Shown one piece after another: positions 30,242-39,156 of a stretch of DNA of 64,000 bases. The translations under genes were made by a program, and so were the position numbers. The notes below the pieces were generated by a model that saw nothing but the letters and a program-made list of their open reading frames with translations, had not been told where the DNA came from and ran no database searches. The stretch comes from Acidobacteriota bacterium. GTDB taxonomy: Bacteria > Acidobacteriota > UBA890 > WLXD01. The DNA is taken from assembly GCA_963666055.2 (NCBI GenBank), contig CAXWPH010000015.1, forward strand, positions 32,001 to 96,000, read 5' to 3'. Position 1 is the stretch's first letter, and every line of letters begins with the position of its first letter.

Positions 30242-32110
30242 GTGAAAAGGCTCCGCTTCGTTGTCGCCCTAACACTCGCCGTCGGCGGGCTCCTGGTCTC
30301 GCGCGCCAACGGCCTGGCTCACGGTGCCGCAGAAGGCCCGCTGCTGCAGCTCAGCGCAGCATCACCGCCGGTGCTGGGACTGCGCCCGGCCGTAGCCGTG
30401 AAACCGCTTCCAGCAATGGCCTGGACGGCGCACCAAGAAGCCGGCCAGCGTGTGGTGGCCTCGGTGCCCGCCGGGGACGTTCCGCACGCCGTTGGCCCGG
30501 CCGGCGCCGGCAACGATGGAGCCCCGACGCTGGTGTCGACACGACGCGGCCTGCTGCTGGTGGCGGCTCGCACCGACGACAACGGCAGCCGTCTCTGGGC
30601 CCGACGTTGGGAATCTGGATCCTGGCGGCGAGCGGGGCGAGCGCCTAGCGCCGGCCGCCAGAATCACCATCCTGCCGCCACCGCGCACAGCGACGGGGCA
30701 TGGATGGTCTGGGTGGCCGGGGAGACGGCCACGCCGCGACCTGGAGATCCGCTCTACGCGGCGCGCTGGGATGGGCGTCGATGGTCCGATCCCGAGCCCT
30801 TGCCGTCGGCACCTGGTGAGCCGATGGCGCCGGCCATCACTATCGACAAGCGTGGGCGGCCGGTAGTGGTCTGGGCTGCAGGCGACGGTAACGATGCCGA
30901 GGTGTGGCTTTCTCGCCGTAGCGATGCAGCCCGCTGGAGCACACCCATCGCTCTGAGCGACAACGAGGTCCCGGACATCCAGCCCTCGATCGCACGCACG
31001 GCCGCCGGTCGATTGTTGGTGGCCTGGTCCAGCTACACCCCCGTCGGCTATGAGATCCACGCTAGCGGCGAGCGCGGCGGCGCCTTCGTGGCGCCGCGTA
31101 CGCTGTCTCCGGCGCCGGCCACCAGCCCCGAGGTGATCGAGGGCGGGCACGGAGAAGTATTGTGGTCTCGTCCTCGACCAGGCGGCGGGTCGCGACTGCA
31201 GAGCGCGACCTTCGACGGACGGCGAGCGCGCCGTATCGTCGACCTTGCAGATCTCTACAACGGCCGCTTCGACGTCGCCCTGGGAGACGACGGCAAGGTG
31301 CTGGCGACCTGGCAGTCGCCGACCGGGCCAACGCCAGTGGTGGGCTCGACCGACCCCGCAGGGCGCCTACGACTCCAGGCTCAGCCGGCCGCAACCGTGC
31401 CACCAGTGAGCGCCCGTGCCACCGTGCCCGGCGGCATCTCGATTCCGGGAACATGGCGCGGCTTCGGCGACAGCATCACGCTCGGTTTGGAGGTGGACGA
31501 GAACCTGCTCGAGACGCCGGTCGACGGTTACACGGTGCCACTGAGTGGGCACCTGTCGAGTTTCACCGACCGTTTCATCGTGGTAATCAACAGCGGCGTG
31601 GGTGGCGAGGACACCGCCGAGGCGCTGGGACGACTCGCCGGCCTGATGGGCACCGACCCCAAGCAGTATGTGCTCATCCTGTCCGGCGCCAACGACATCG
31701 CAGTTCTCGTCGATACCACCACCGTCGTGCTGAACCTCACCGGCATGGTGCGGCTGGTGACCGCAGCGGGATGCCTGCCGCTTCTCGGAACCCTGACGCC
31801 GCGGCGGGAATCAGCATTCATCGGCGGTCTCAACCCCCGCATCAACGAGATCAACACCCGGCTGCGAGCGATGGCGGCCGTGGAGCGCGCCCTCCTCGTC
31901 GACCTGCACTCGGCGCTGTTCCCGCACCCCGAGCTCTACTCCGACCTCGTCCACCCGAATCAGCTTGGCTACGACGCCTTGGCGGTGGCCTGGTTCCGCG
32001 GCATCGCGCCGCTGCTGGCACGAATCATGGAGGGCGAGGACACTGCGCGCGACGTCGACCGCGCCCGATTGCTCGAATCGCGGCCACGAGCGAGCCGCCT
32101 CGATCAGTGA
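30242..32110 (+). CDS. Secreted protein: beta-propeller-like N-terminus plus SGNH/GDSL hydrolase
   Basis: FGDSIT, NSGVGG, GAND, DLVHPN blocks. Confidence 0.85.
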   Translation: MKRLRFVVALTLAVGGLLVSRANGLAHGAAEGPLLQLSAASPPVLGLRPAVAVKPLPAMAWTAHQEAGQRVVASVPAGDVPHAVGPAGAGNDGAPTLVSTRRGLLLVAARTDDNGSRLWARRWESGSWRRAGRAPSAGRQNHHPAATAHSDGAWMVWVAGETATPRPGDPLYAARWDGRRWSDPEPLPSAPGEPMAPAITIDKRGRPVVVWAAGDGNDAEVWLSRRSDAARWSTPIALSDNEVPDIQPSIARTAAGRLLVAWSSYTPVGYEIHASGERGGAFVAPRTLSPAPATSPEVIEGGHGEVLWSRPRPGGGSRLQSATFDGRRARRIVDLADLYNGRFDVALGDDGKVLATWQSPTGPTPVVGSTDPAGRLRLQAQPAATVPPVSARATVPGGISIPGTWRGFGDSITLGLEVDENLLETPVDGYTVPLSGHLSSFTDRFIVVINSGVGGEDTAEALGRLAGLMGTDPKQYVLILSGANDIAVLVDTTTVVLNLTGMVRLVTAAGCLPLLGTLTPRRESAFIGGLNPRINEINTRLRAMAAVERALLVDLHSALFPHPELYSDLVHPNQLGYDALAVAWFRGIAPLLARIMEGEDTARDVDRARLLESRPRASRLDQ

Positions 32111-33534
32111 GCCCGGCCGAGCCCACCAATCGCCGCCGTTTCGTACTAGGAGCACTCGGCGCTGCTTCGCTGCTCGGCGTACCACGGTTGCCACGGCGAG
32201 TCGGCGCGCCTTGGCGATGGCATTGGCCACTCGACCTGGATGGCGACGGTGTGATCTCAGAGACGGATCGCGCCTTGCTTTCCGGCCTGCAGGATTCGTC
32301 GCGCGGTAGTCGGCTGCACCCCCGCGACGGCTGGGATCCGCGGCTCGATTTCCTCTCGCGAGGACACGTCAGCGCCGACCAGTTGCAACGCTACGATGCG
32401 GTACGTCCCGTTCTCGGCACCCGCCTGCCGCCGCGGCCCATCGTGGCTTGTTGGCACTACGGCTGGTATGGACCAGGCCGCCGCCGCGGCGAGCCAACCA
32501 CGGTTCGCTATCTGGGTGGCAGCTACCTCTCGCACGATCGCCGCACAGAGGAAGAGTTCAACGCACTCAAGGAAGAGTTCGGCATCAGTGCCGACTTGCT
32601 GTCGTGGACCGACGAGCGCCGGCTCTTGCAAGCCTACGAGCGTGCCTACCTGAGCGCCTCCAACCACCACCGACGACGATTCGGGTTGCTGTACGAAAGC
32701 AACATCAGCCTCGGCACGACGCGGCGAATCGACTTTGCCCCAGAGGGGCCGGCGTTCGACAAGCTGGTGCGCGACTTCCGCCGCATGGGCGGCTGGCTAG
32801 CGGCAATCGACAGCGATCGACTCTTGCGGTTCGACGGGCGCCCGGTGGTGTTCGTATTCGGATCTCACACCTTCGGCCCGACGCGCGCCAACCTGCCGCA
32901 CGTGGGCAGAGCTCTCGAACGCGCCCGCAGCGCCTTCGCCGAGGCCTTTGGCACCCCGCCTTGGCTGATCGGCGACGAAGCGTTGTTTCCGGCCGACCCG
33001 GGAGCGGGACATGACCGACTGTTTCGAGCCGCCTACTTCGATGCGGTGTCGCGCTACCACCACTACGACGCCACACAGATCAGGGCTCTCGGCGAGGGTC
33101 GCGCGGTGCGCCTCGACGGGTCGCATGTGCGGCGGCTGGTGGCCAACGAGAGGCGCACGATGGCGGCCTACCGCGCGGTGAAGAATCGTTACAGTGGCGA
33201 ACCGCTGCTGGTGATCCCGTCCAGTGCGGCCGGGTTTGCCAAGGTCCGCCTGCCATCGCTGCTCGCCAGCCGCGACGACTACGCCTCCCTGCTGGCGGCC
33301 ATGCAAGAGCTCACCGACGAGCACCTGCGCGACCTGCACGCCGAACGACTCGGCACACCAGCGATGCCCGCGCCGCTGGTCATCGCCGGGTCGTGGAACG
33401 AGGAGTTCGAGGGACACGCGCTCATGCCGGCGGCCACCAACCGCGCACTGTTTCACATGCGCGACGGCGGTTTCGACTGGCTGTATGCCCTCAAGTCGAT
33501 GTACGGCTGGAACAGCTGGGCCGTACGGAGCTAG
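32107..33534 (+). CDS. Tat-exported GH99/GH71-like glycoside hydrolase with dockerin/EF-hand-like segment
   Basis: NRRRFVLG Tat motif, DLDGDGVISETD, WHYGWY, DGRPVVFVF, SWNEEFEG; GTGA-coupled to the upstream gene. Confidence 0.65.
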   Translation: MSPAEPTNRRRFVLGALGAASLLGVPRLPRRVGAPWRWHWPLDLDGDGVISETDRALLSGLQDSSRGSRLHPRDGWDPRLDFLSRGHVSADQLQRYDAVRPVLGTRLPPRPIVACWHYGWYGPGRRRGEPTTVRYLGGSYLSHDRRTEEEFNALKEEFGISADLLSWTDERRLLQAYERAYLSASNHHRRRFGLLYESNISLGTTRRIDFAPEGPAFDKLVRDFRRMGGWLAAIDSDRLLRFDGRPVVFVFGSHTFGPTRANLPHVGRALERARSAFAEAFGTPPWLIGDEALFPADPGAGHDRLFRAAYFDAVSRYHHYDATQIRALGEGRAVRLDGSHVRRLVANERRTMAAYRAVKNRYSGEPLLVIPSSAAGFAKVRLPSLLASRDDYASLLAAMQELTDEHLRDLHAERLGTPAMPAPLVIAGSWNEEFEGHALMPAATNRALFHMRDGGFDWLYALKSMYGWNSWAVRS

Positions 33535-33544
33535 ACTGCCCGCC

Positions 33545-33832
33545 ATGTCTGCCCGAGAGCGCATCGAACGTGTCGCCGAGCTCGCCCGACTGGAGCTTTC
33601 GGCGCACGAGTGCGACGAGATCGCGCCCCAAATCGAGCGTATCCTCGCCTATGTGGATCAGCTGCGGGAGGTCGACGTGACGGGCGTCGAGCGCACCCGG
33701 AACCTGCGTGAGGACGAGGACGTGCGACGCGCCGACGAGCCGCAACCGTCGTTGCCTCGTCAGCGCACCTTCGAGGGCGCGCCGGAGATCGTCGACGAGC
33801 ATTTCGCAGTGCCGCGTGTGATCCCTGGATAG
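33545..33832 (+). CDS. gatC: Asp/Glu-tRNA amidotransferase subunit C
   Basis: VAELARLEL, ILAYVDQL, FAVPRVI. Confidence 0.92.
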   Translation: MSARERIERVAELARLELSAHECDEIAPQIERILAYVDQLREVDVTGVERTRNLREDEDVRRADEPQPSLPRQRTFEGAPEIVDEHFAVPRVIPG

Positions 33833-33845
33833 GCGGCAGGCGCAC

Positions 33846-35285
33846 ATGAGCAACGCTCTCGGTGAGCTCTCGGTAACAGCTACGGTCGAGGGAATCCAGT
33901 CCGGCAAATTCAGCGCCGCGGAGCGCGTCGCGTCGGCGTTGCGCCGCATCGAGGAGCGCGATCCCGCCGTACACGCGTTTCTCGAGGTATGGGCCGACGA
34001 GGCCGGCAGGGCCGCTCAACAACTCGACACCAGCTCCGACATGCGCCAGCTGCCGCTCGCCGGTGTTCCCGTGGCGCTCAAGGACAACCTGTGTTTCGAG
34101 GGCCACATCGCCGCGGCGGGCTCCAGAATCCTCCGCGATTGGATCTCGCCCTACTCGGCCACGGCCGTGCAACGATTGCTCGACGCCGGTGCGATTCCGG
34201 TCGGGCGCGCCAACATGGACGAATTCGCCATGGGGTCGTCGACCGAGAATTCCTCGCTCGGCCCCACCCACAATCCGGCGGCTCCGGGACGCGTTCCTGG
34301 CGGCAGCAGCGGCGGCCCGGCGGCAGCGGTGGCGGCGGGCATGGTGCCGGTGGCGCTGGGCTCCGACACCGGCGGCTCGGTACGCCAACCGGCTTCCTTC
34401 TGCGGCATCGTCGGGCTCAAGCCCACCTACGGACGGGTGTCGCGCTACGGGCTCATCGCCTTCGCCTCGTCACTCGACCAGATCGGCCCGCTGTGTGGCA
34501 ACGTCGCCGACAGCGCCCAGGTGTTGAGGGTGATCGCCGGGCACGATCGACGCGACTCCACCAGCTTGAACGAGCCGGTCGAGAACTATGCGGCGCGGCT
34601 CGCCAATTCCGATGCGGCCATCCGCCTGGGCGTGGCCTCCGACTGGAAGGGCGAGGGCATCGACAGCGCCGTAGCCGGCTGCTTCGAGGGCGCGCTGGAG
34701 GCGCTCGCCGACCGCGGCATCGAGATCAGCACGATCGAGCTTCCGCATGCCGCCTACGCGGTGGCGACCTACTACGTCATCGCCACCGCCGAGGCGAGCT
34801 CCAACCTGGCTCGCTACGACGGGGTGCGCTACGGGCATCGCGCCGAGGAAACCGAGAGTCCGGTGGAGATGTTGCGGCGCAGCCGCAGCGAGGGCTTCGG
34901 CGCCGAGGTGAAGCGCCGCATCCTGCTGGGAACCTTCGTTCTGTCAGCCGGCTACCACGACCAGTACTACGGGCGCGCCCAACGCGTTCGCACCCTGGTG
35001 TGCGGCGATTTCGACGCCGCATTCGCCGGCGTCGACGCCATCATCGGACCCACCAGCCCCACCGTCGCTTTCGAGCTCGGCGAGCGCACCGCGGATCCGC
35101 TGGCGATGTATCTGAGCGACATCTACACGGTAACAGCGAACCTCGCCGGACTGCCGGCGATCTCGATTCCTGCCAACGTCGGCGCCGACGGCCTGCCGAT
35201 CGGCATCCAGCTCGTCGCGCCAAAGCTGGCGGAATCGCGACTGTTGCAGATCGCCCACCGTGTCGAGACCGTGCTCGCCGGCTGA
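33846..35285 (+). CDS. gatA: Asp/Glu-tRNA amidotransferase subunit A
   Basis: KDN, GGSSGG, GSDTGGSVRQP, SSNLARYDGVRYG, EVKRRILLG. Confidence 0.95.
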   Translation: MSNALGELSVTATVEGIQSGKFSAAERVASALRRIEERDPAVHAFLEVWADEAGRAAQQLDTSSDMRQLPLAGVPVALKDNLCFEGHIAAAGSRILRDWISPYSATAVQRLLDAGAIPVGRANMDEFAMGSSTENSSLGPTHNPAAPGRVPGGSSGGPAAAVAAGMVPVALGSDTGGSVRQPASFCGIVGLKPTYGRVSRYGLIAFASSLDQIGPLCGNVADSAQVLRVIAGHDRRDSTSLNEPVENYAARLANSDAAIRLGVASDWKGEGIDSAVAGCFEGALEALADRGIEISTIELPHAAYAVATYYVIATAEASSNLARYDGVRYGHRAEETESPVEMLRRSRSEGFGAEVKRRILLGTFVLSAGYHDQYYGRAQRVRTLVCGDFDAAFAGVDAIIGPTSPTVAFELGERTADPLAMYLSDIYTVTANLAGLPAISIPANVGADGLPIGIQLVAPKLAESRLLQIAHRVETVLAG

Positions 35286-35290
35286 CCCAG

Positions 35291-35346
35291 GCCGCCTTGC
35301 ATCTGACCCAACTCGCCGTAGGCGCACTTTCACCACGGCCTGCTAG
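35291..35346 (-). repeat. CTAG-ended repeat family, partial copy
   Basis: GCCGCCTTGCATCTG (also at 15542-15557) ... CACTTTCACCACGGCCTGCTAG overlapping the tatD stop. Confidence 0.75.
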
Positions 35347-36155
35347 ATACCGAACAGCATCCGACAGTTAGCGGCGGTAATCGACGCCACCGCTTCGGCG
35401 TCCACCCGATGAATCGTCGCCAGGCACTCGGCCACGGCGCCCACGAACGCCGGCTCGTTGCGCTTTCCACGGTGCGGCACCGGCGCCAGATAGGGAGCAT
35501 CGGTCTCGATCAACGTGCGCTCGAGCGGCACGGTGGCGGCGCTGCGTCGGAGATCCTTGGCGCTACCGAACGTCAGGATGCCCGAGAACGACACGTAGAA
35601 CCCGGCATCGACGGCCGCCGCCGCCATGCGCTCGCTCTCGGTGAAGCAGTGGATCACGCCGCGCAGCGGAGCCCGTTCGGGGTCGCCGCCAGCGCCAGCG
35701 TCGCGGATCATCGCCATCACGTCATCCTCGGCCTCGCGACTGTGCACCACCACTGGGAGTTGGTCTTCCAGGGCCCATCGGAGTTGTGCGCCGAACAGGT
35801 CGCGTTGCTCGTCGGGCGGCATGTCGTAGTGATAGTCGAGGCCAATCTCGCCGACCGCAACGATGCGCGGACGCGACAGCAACGCTTGCACCTCGGTACG
35901 AGCGCTGGCATGCGCCTCGGCGACATTGTGCGGTGCGAAGCCGACCGTGCCATACAGCGCCGGTGCTGGTGCCGGTGAATCGTCGTCCCCGGCGCCCGAC
36001 GTCACCAACTCCACCACCTGGTGACTCGATTCCAGGTTGTAGCCGATCACCACCACCGCCTCGACGCCGGCGCTGGCGGCACGCGCCAGCAGCTCGGTAC
36101 GGTCCTCGTCGAAGCGCTCGTCGGTGAGATGGGCGTGTGAGTCGATGAGCTTCAA
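35343..36155 (-). CDS. tatD: TatD family hydrolase
   Basis: DSHAHL, GEIGLDY, HSREA, HCF, ETDAPYL. Confidence 0.92.
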   Translation of the reverse strand: MKLIDSHAHLTDERFDEDRTELLARAASAGVEAVVVIGYNLESSHQVVELVTSGAGDDDSPAPAPALYGTVGFAPHNVAEAHASARTEVQALLSRPRIVAVGEIGLDYHYDMPPDEQRDLFGAQLRWALEDQLPVVVHSREAEDDVMAMIRDAGAGGDPERAPLRGVIHCFTESERMAAAAVDAGFYVSFSGILTFGSAKDLRRSAATVPLERTLIETDAPYLAPVPHRGKRNEPAFVGAVAECLATIHRVDAEAVASITAANCRMLFGI

Positions 36156-36472
36156 CGCACCCGCTGTCCCGGCGGAATCCAGCGATCGAAGGTAGCGAGC
36201 ATCGGGCTGCCGTCGACGTCGGCGGCGAGCACCATACCTTGCGATTCCACCCCTCGGATGGTCGCCGGCTCGAGATTCGCAACGACGATGATCTTCATCC
36301 CGGGCAGCTCAGCCACGTCGTATGCGGCGGCGATCCCCGCCACCAGGGTGCGCACCTCGTCGCCCAGATCCACCGTGAGCTTTATCAACTTGTCCGTCTT
36401 CGGGACGCGCTCAGCGGTCTCGATGCGGGCGCTGCGCAACTCGATTTCCATGAAGTCCTTGATCGAGATCAT
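36152..36472 (-). CDS. Stand-alone tRNA-binding OB-fold protein (MetRS C-terminal/beta subunit type)
   Basis: ISIKDF, DKLIKLTVDLG, ANLEPATIRGVESQGMVLA. Confidence 0.88.
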   Translation of the reverse strand: MISIKDFMEIELRSARIETAERVPKTDKLIKLTVDLGDEVRTLVAGIAAAYDVAELPGMKIIVVANLEPATIRGVESQGMVLAADVDGSPMLATFDRWIPPGQRVR

Positions 36473-36578
36473 TGGTATTCCTGTGGTTCGCTGATCGGGG
36501 TGAAGGGTGCTCGGCCTGGGTGCGATACGAAGACTTGGCTCGTAGGTCACTGGGGCTCGCGGACTTGAGCGATCCCGT

Positions 36579-38933
36579 TCAGAAAAACTCCGCCTTGAAC
36601 GCTTCATGTTTGAGCCGAGCCCTCTCGAGAACGGCATCGAGACCGGGGTGTCCGCGAGCCGGATCCAGGAACCGGCACTTCAGCCAGTGCGAGTACTCGA
36701 AAGCTCCCCCATCGACCGCCTTGTCGAGCAGAGCAATGCACTTGTCGATCTCGCTGTTGATGCAATAGATTCCGGCTAGGTAGAACCATCCCTCGCCGTC
36801 AACGAGGTCGGCCTCTTCCCACCTGCGGGCGGCCTCGAGCGCCCGCTCGTAGTCTCCATCGAGCGCCGACAACAGGCCGATCGCCCAGAGTCCGATGATG
36901 CCCTCCGGATCGGCGGCGATGGCCTGGGACAATTTCGCCCGCGCCTCTTCGATCTGTCCACGCCGAATCGCGATCTCACCTTCCCACGCCATTGCGAGAT
37001 CGGGTGGCCCGAGGTAAAAGGCTTCGATCGCATCTTCGTATCGTCCGTTCTGGACATACGAAAAAGCGGCCGACCGAAACAGGGAATTGGTGGGGTCTAT
37101 GTCGAGAGCAGTGTCCATGGCGGTTATCGACTCCTCGAGCATGCCCGCGTAGCGTAGTACGTAGCCGTACGCGAAGACTCCCACGGCGCTGTTGGGATTG
37201 ATCTCGAGAGTTCGCTGCGCCGTTTCCATGGCCAGATCAGTCTCTCCGGAATCGACGTAGAGCATGGTCACGTGGGCAAGCGCGCTGAGTAGCTCGGGAT
37301 TTATCTCGAGAGCCTTCAGCAAGAAACCTCTTGCCTGATTCTCGACCTCCTCACCCCCAAGCTCCCAGTACGCCGCTACCTGGGCTCGCCTTCCAAGCGC
37401 ATCCCACGCCGGTGCGAACGTCGGGTCGAGCTCGGTCGATTGGCGGAGCATGTTGACGGCTAGTCGGTTGCCCTCGGGTTCCTCCGGGTACAACAGAGAG
37501 CGCAGGTAATACTCGTATGCCAACGGACTGCTTGAAACGTCGGCGTTCATTCGATCCCGCTCGTCTTCGGAGAATGAAACCTCGAGCCGCGTGAGCAACC
37601 GTTCCGACACCAGATCCTGCATCTGGAAGGCGTCGTGGTACGACACCTCTATCGGTTCGCTCCATACAATTTGTCCGCTATGCAGATCGATCAGCTCGAC
37701 GGTGAGCCGCATCCTGTCGCCCTGCTGCAGATAGTTGCCGGCCAGTACGAAGTTCACGGCCAGCTCATCCCTCACTTCATCCAGGTCGTAGTCGCCATGC
37801 TGGTACTTGCGTACCGAACTCGATGGGCGGACGTTCAGATCCTGTACGTAGGTAAGCGAACCGATGATTTGATCTGCCAGCGCGTAACCCAGGAAGTCGG
37901 TCTCAGGGTCGGTCCGCAGATTGGAGAACGGAAGGACCGCCAACTTGGTTACCTCATCGGGCCCAATCGTTTCCTTCTCCCGGTCGAACACCGTGTATGA
38001 GGCAACCACCAAGAATCCGATCAGAGCAACTGCCGCCACGACCGCCACCCACCTCTGTCTCCCTGTGTCATCCGCGTCGGTGGATCGAACAGCCGCATCG
38101 CGTAGGCTCTGGAGCTCGACCGACAACTCACGCGAGCTCTGGTATCGGTCGGCAGGCTCTTTCTCCAGGCACCGGTGGACGATCCTCGCGAGAAGCGGCG
38201 GCAGATCGGCTCGTCGCTCGCCGAGCGGGGTCGGGGTGTCCTTGAGGATTAAGGAGATCGTCTCAAACGCCGACGCGCCCCTGAAGGGTCGGTTCCCCGA
38301 CGCCATCTCGTAGAGCACGATGCCCAGCGAGAAGATATCGCTTCGATGGTCGACGGGTCGTGCGCTCGCCTGCTCGGGCGACATGTAGGCTGTCGTGCCC
38401 ATGATCATCCCCTGCCGCGTCAACAGATCGGTCTCCGTGCTCTCCGAAACGGCCCCATCCTTCTGGAGCTTGGCGATGCCGAAGTCGAGGACCTTCACCA
38501 GGCCGTCGTCCGTCACCATGATGTTGGCCGGCTTCAGATCGCGGTGAACCACGCCTTGATCGTGCGCGGCACGGAGCGCCTCCGTGACCGGGCTGGCAAC
38601 CTCGAAGAACCGCTCGACCGACATGCCGTCCGGGCCGATGAGTTGATCCAGCGTTGAGCCCTCGACGTACTCCATCACGATGAAGTGGACGCCGTCGTGC
38701 TCCTCCACCGAATGCAAGGTCACGACGCTGGGGTGGTTGATCCGCGCGACGGCCTTGGCTTCTCGCCGGAATCTTCCCAACCTTTCGGGATCGCTGGCCA
38801 CCTCTGCAGGCAAGACCTTGATCGCCACCTTGCGACCCAGCCGTGTGTCCTTCCCCAGATACACCTCGCCCATACCGCCTGCACCAAGCAGTGTGAGGAT
38901 CTCGTAGTGGCCTAGTTTGGTACCGGGTTCCAT
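36579..38933 (-). CDS. Ser/Thr protein kinase with TolB-N-like and TPR domains
   Basis: GAGGMGEVY, HRDLKPAN, DFG, TM segment, LAVLPFSNL, TPR repeats. Confidence 0.93.
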   Translation of the reverse strand: MEPGTKLGHYEILTLLGAGGMGEVYLGKDTRLGRKVAIKVLPAEVASDPERLGRFRREAKAVARINHPSVVTLHSVEEHDGVHFIVMEYVEGSTLDQLIGPDGMSVERFFEVASPVTEALRAAHDQGVVHRDLKPANIMVTDDGLVKVLDFGIAKLQKDGAVSESTETDLLTRQGMIMGTTAYMSPEQASARPVDHRSDIFSLGIVLYEMASGNRPFRGASAFETISLILKDTPTPLGERRADLPPLLARIVHRCLEKEPADRYQSSRELSVELQSLRDAAVRSTDADDTGRQRWVAVVAAVALIGFLVVASYTVFDREKETIGPDEVTKLAVLPFSNLRTDPETDFLGYALADQIIGSLTYVQDLNVRPSSSVRKYQHGDYDLDEVRDELAVNFVLAGNYLQQGDRMRLTVELIDLHSGQIVWSEPIEVSYHDAFQMQDLVSERLLTRLEVSFSEDERDRMNADVSSSPLAYEYYLRSLLYPEEPEGNRLAVNMLRQSTELDPTFAPAWDALGRRAQVAAYWELGGEEVENQARGFLLKALEINPELLSALAHVTMLYVDSGETDLAMETAQRTLEINPNSAVGVFAYGYVLRYAGMLEESITAMDTALDIDPTNSLFRSAAFSYVQNGRYEDAIEAFYLGPPDLAMAWEGEIAIRRGQIEEARAKLSQAIAADPEGIIGLWAIGLLSALDGDYERALEAARRWEEADLVDGEGWFYLAGIYCINSEIDKCIALLDKAVDGGAFEYSHWLKCRFLDPARGHPGLDAVLERARLKHEAFKAEFF

Positions 38934-39156
38934 GGCGCTACCAGAGGGGTGTGGGTGAGCTGTTGAAGCCTATCGCAAAGCCCAGCTGAGGCTTCTTGAC
39001 CGGAGCTGAAACGACAGCTATTTGCGCAGCGAATCCCTTGAGGAGCCCAACGATCGGTGGTTGTATCCGGGCGTCCCGATACTGACCAAGCCAGGAACGT
39101 GCCTCAACAAGGGTCATCTCGGAAATCCCGGGAGGTAGACAGTGGCTGGAGGATCG

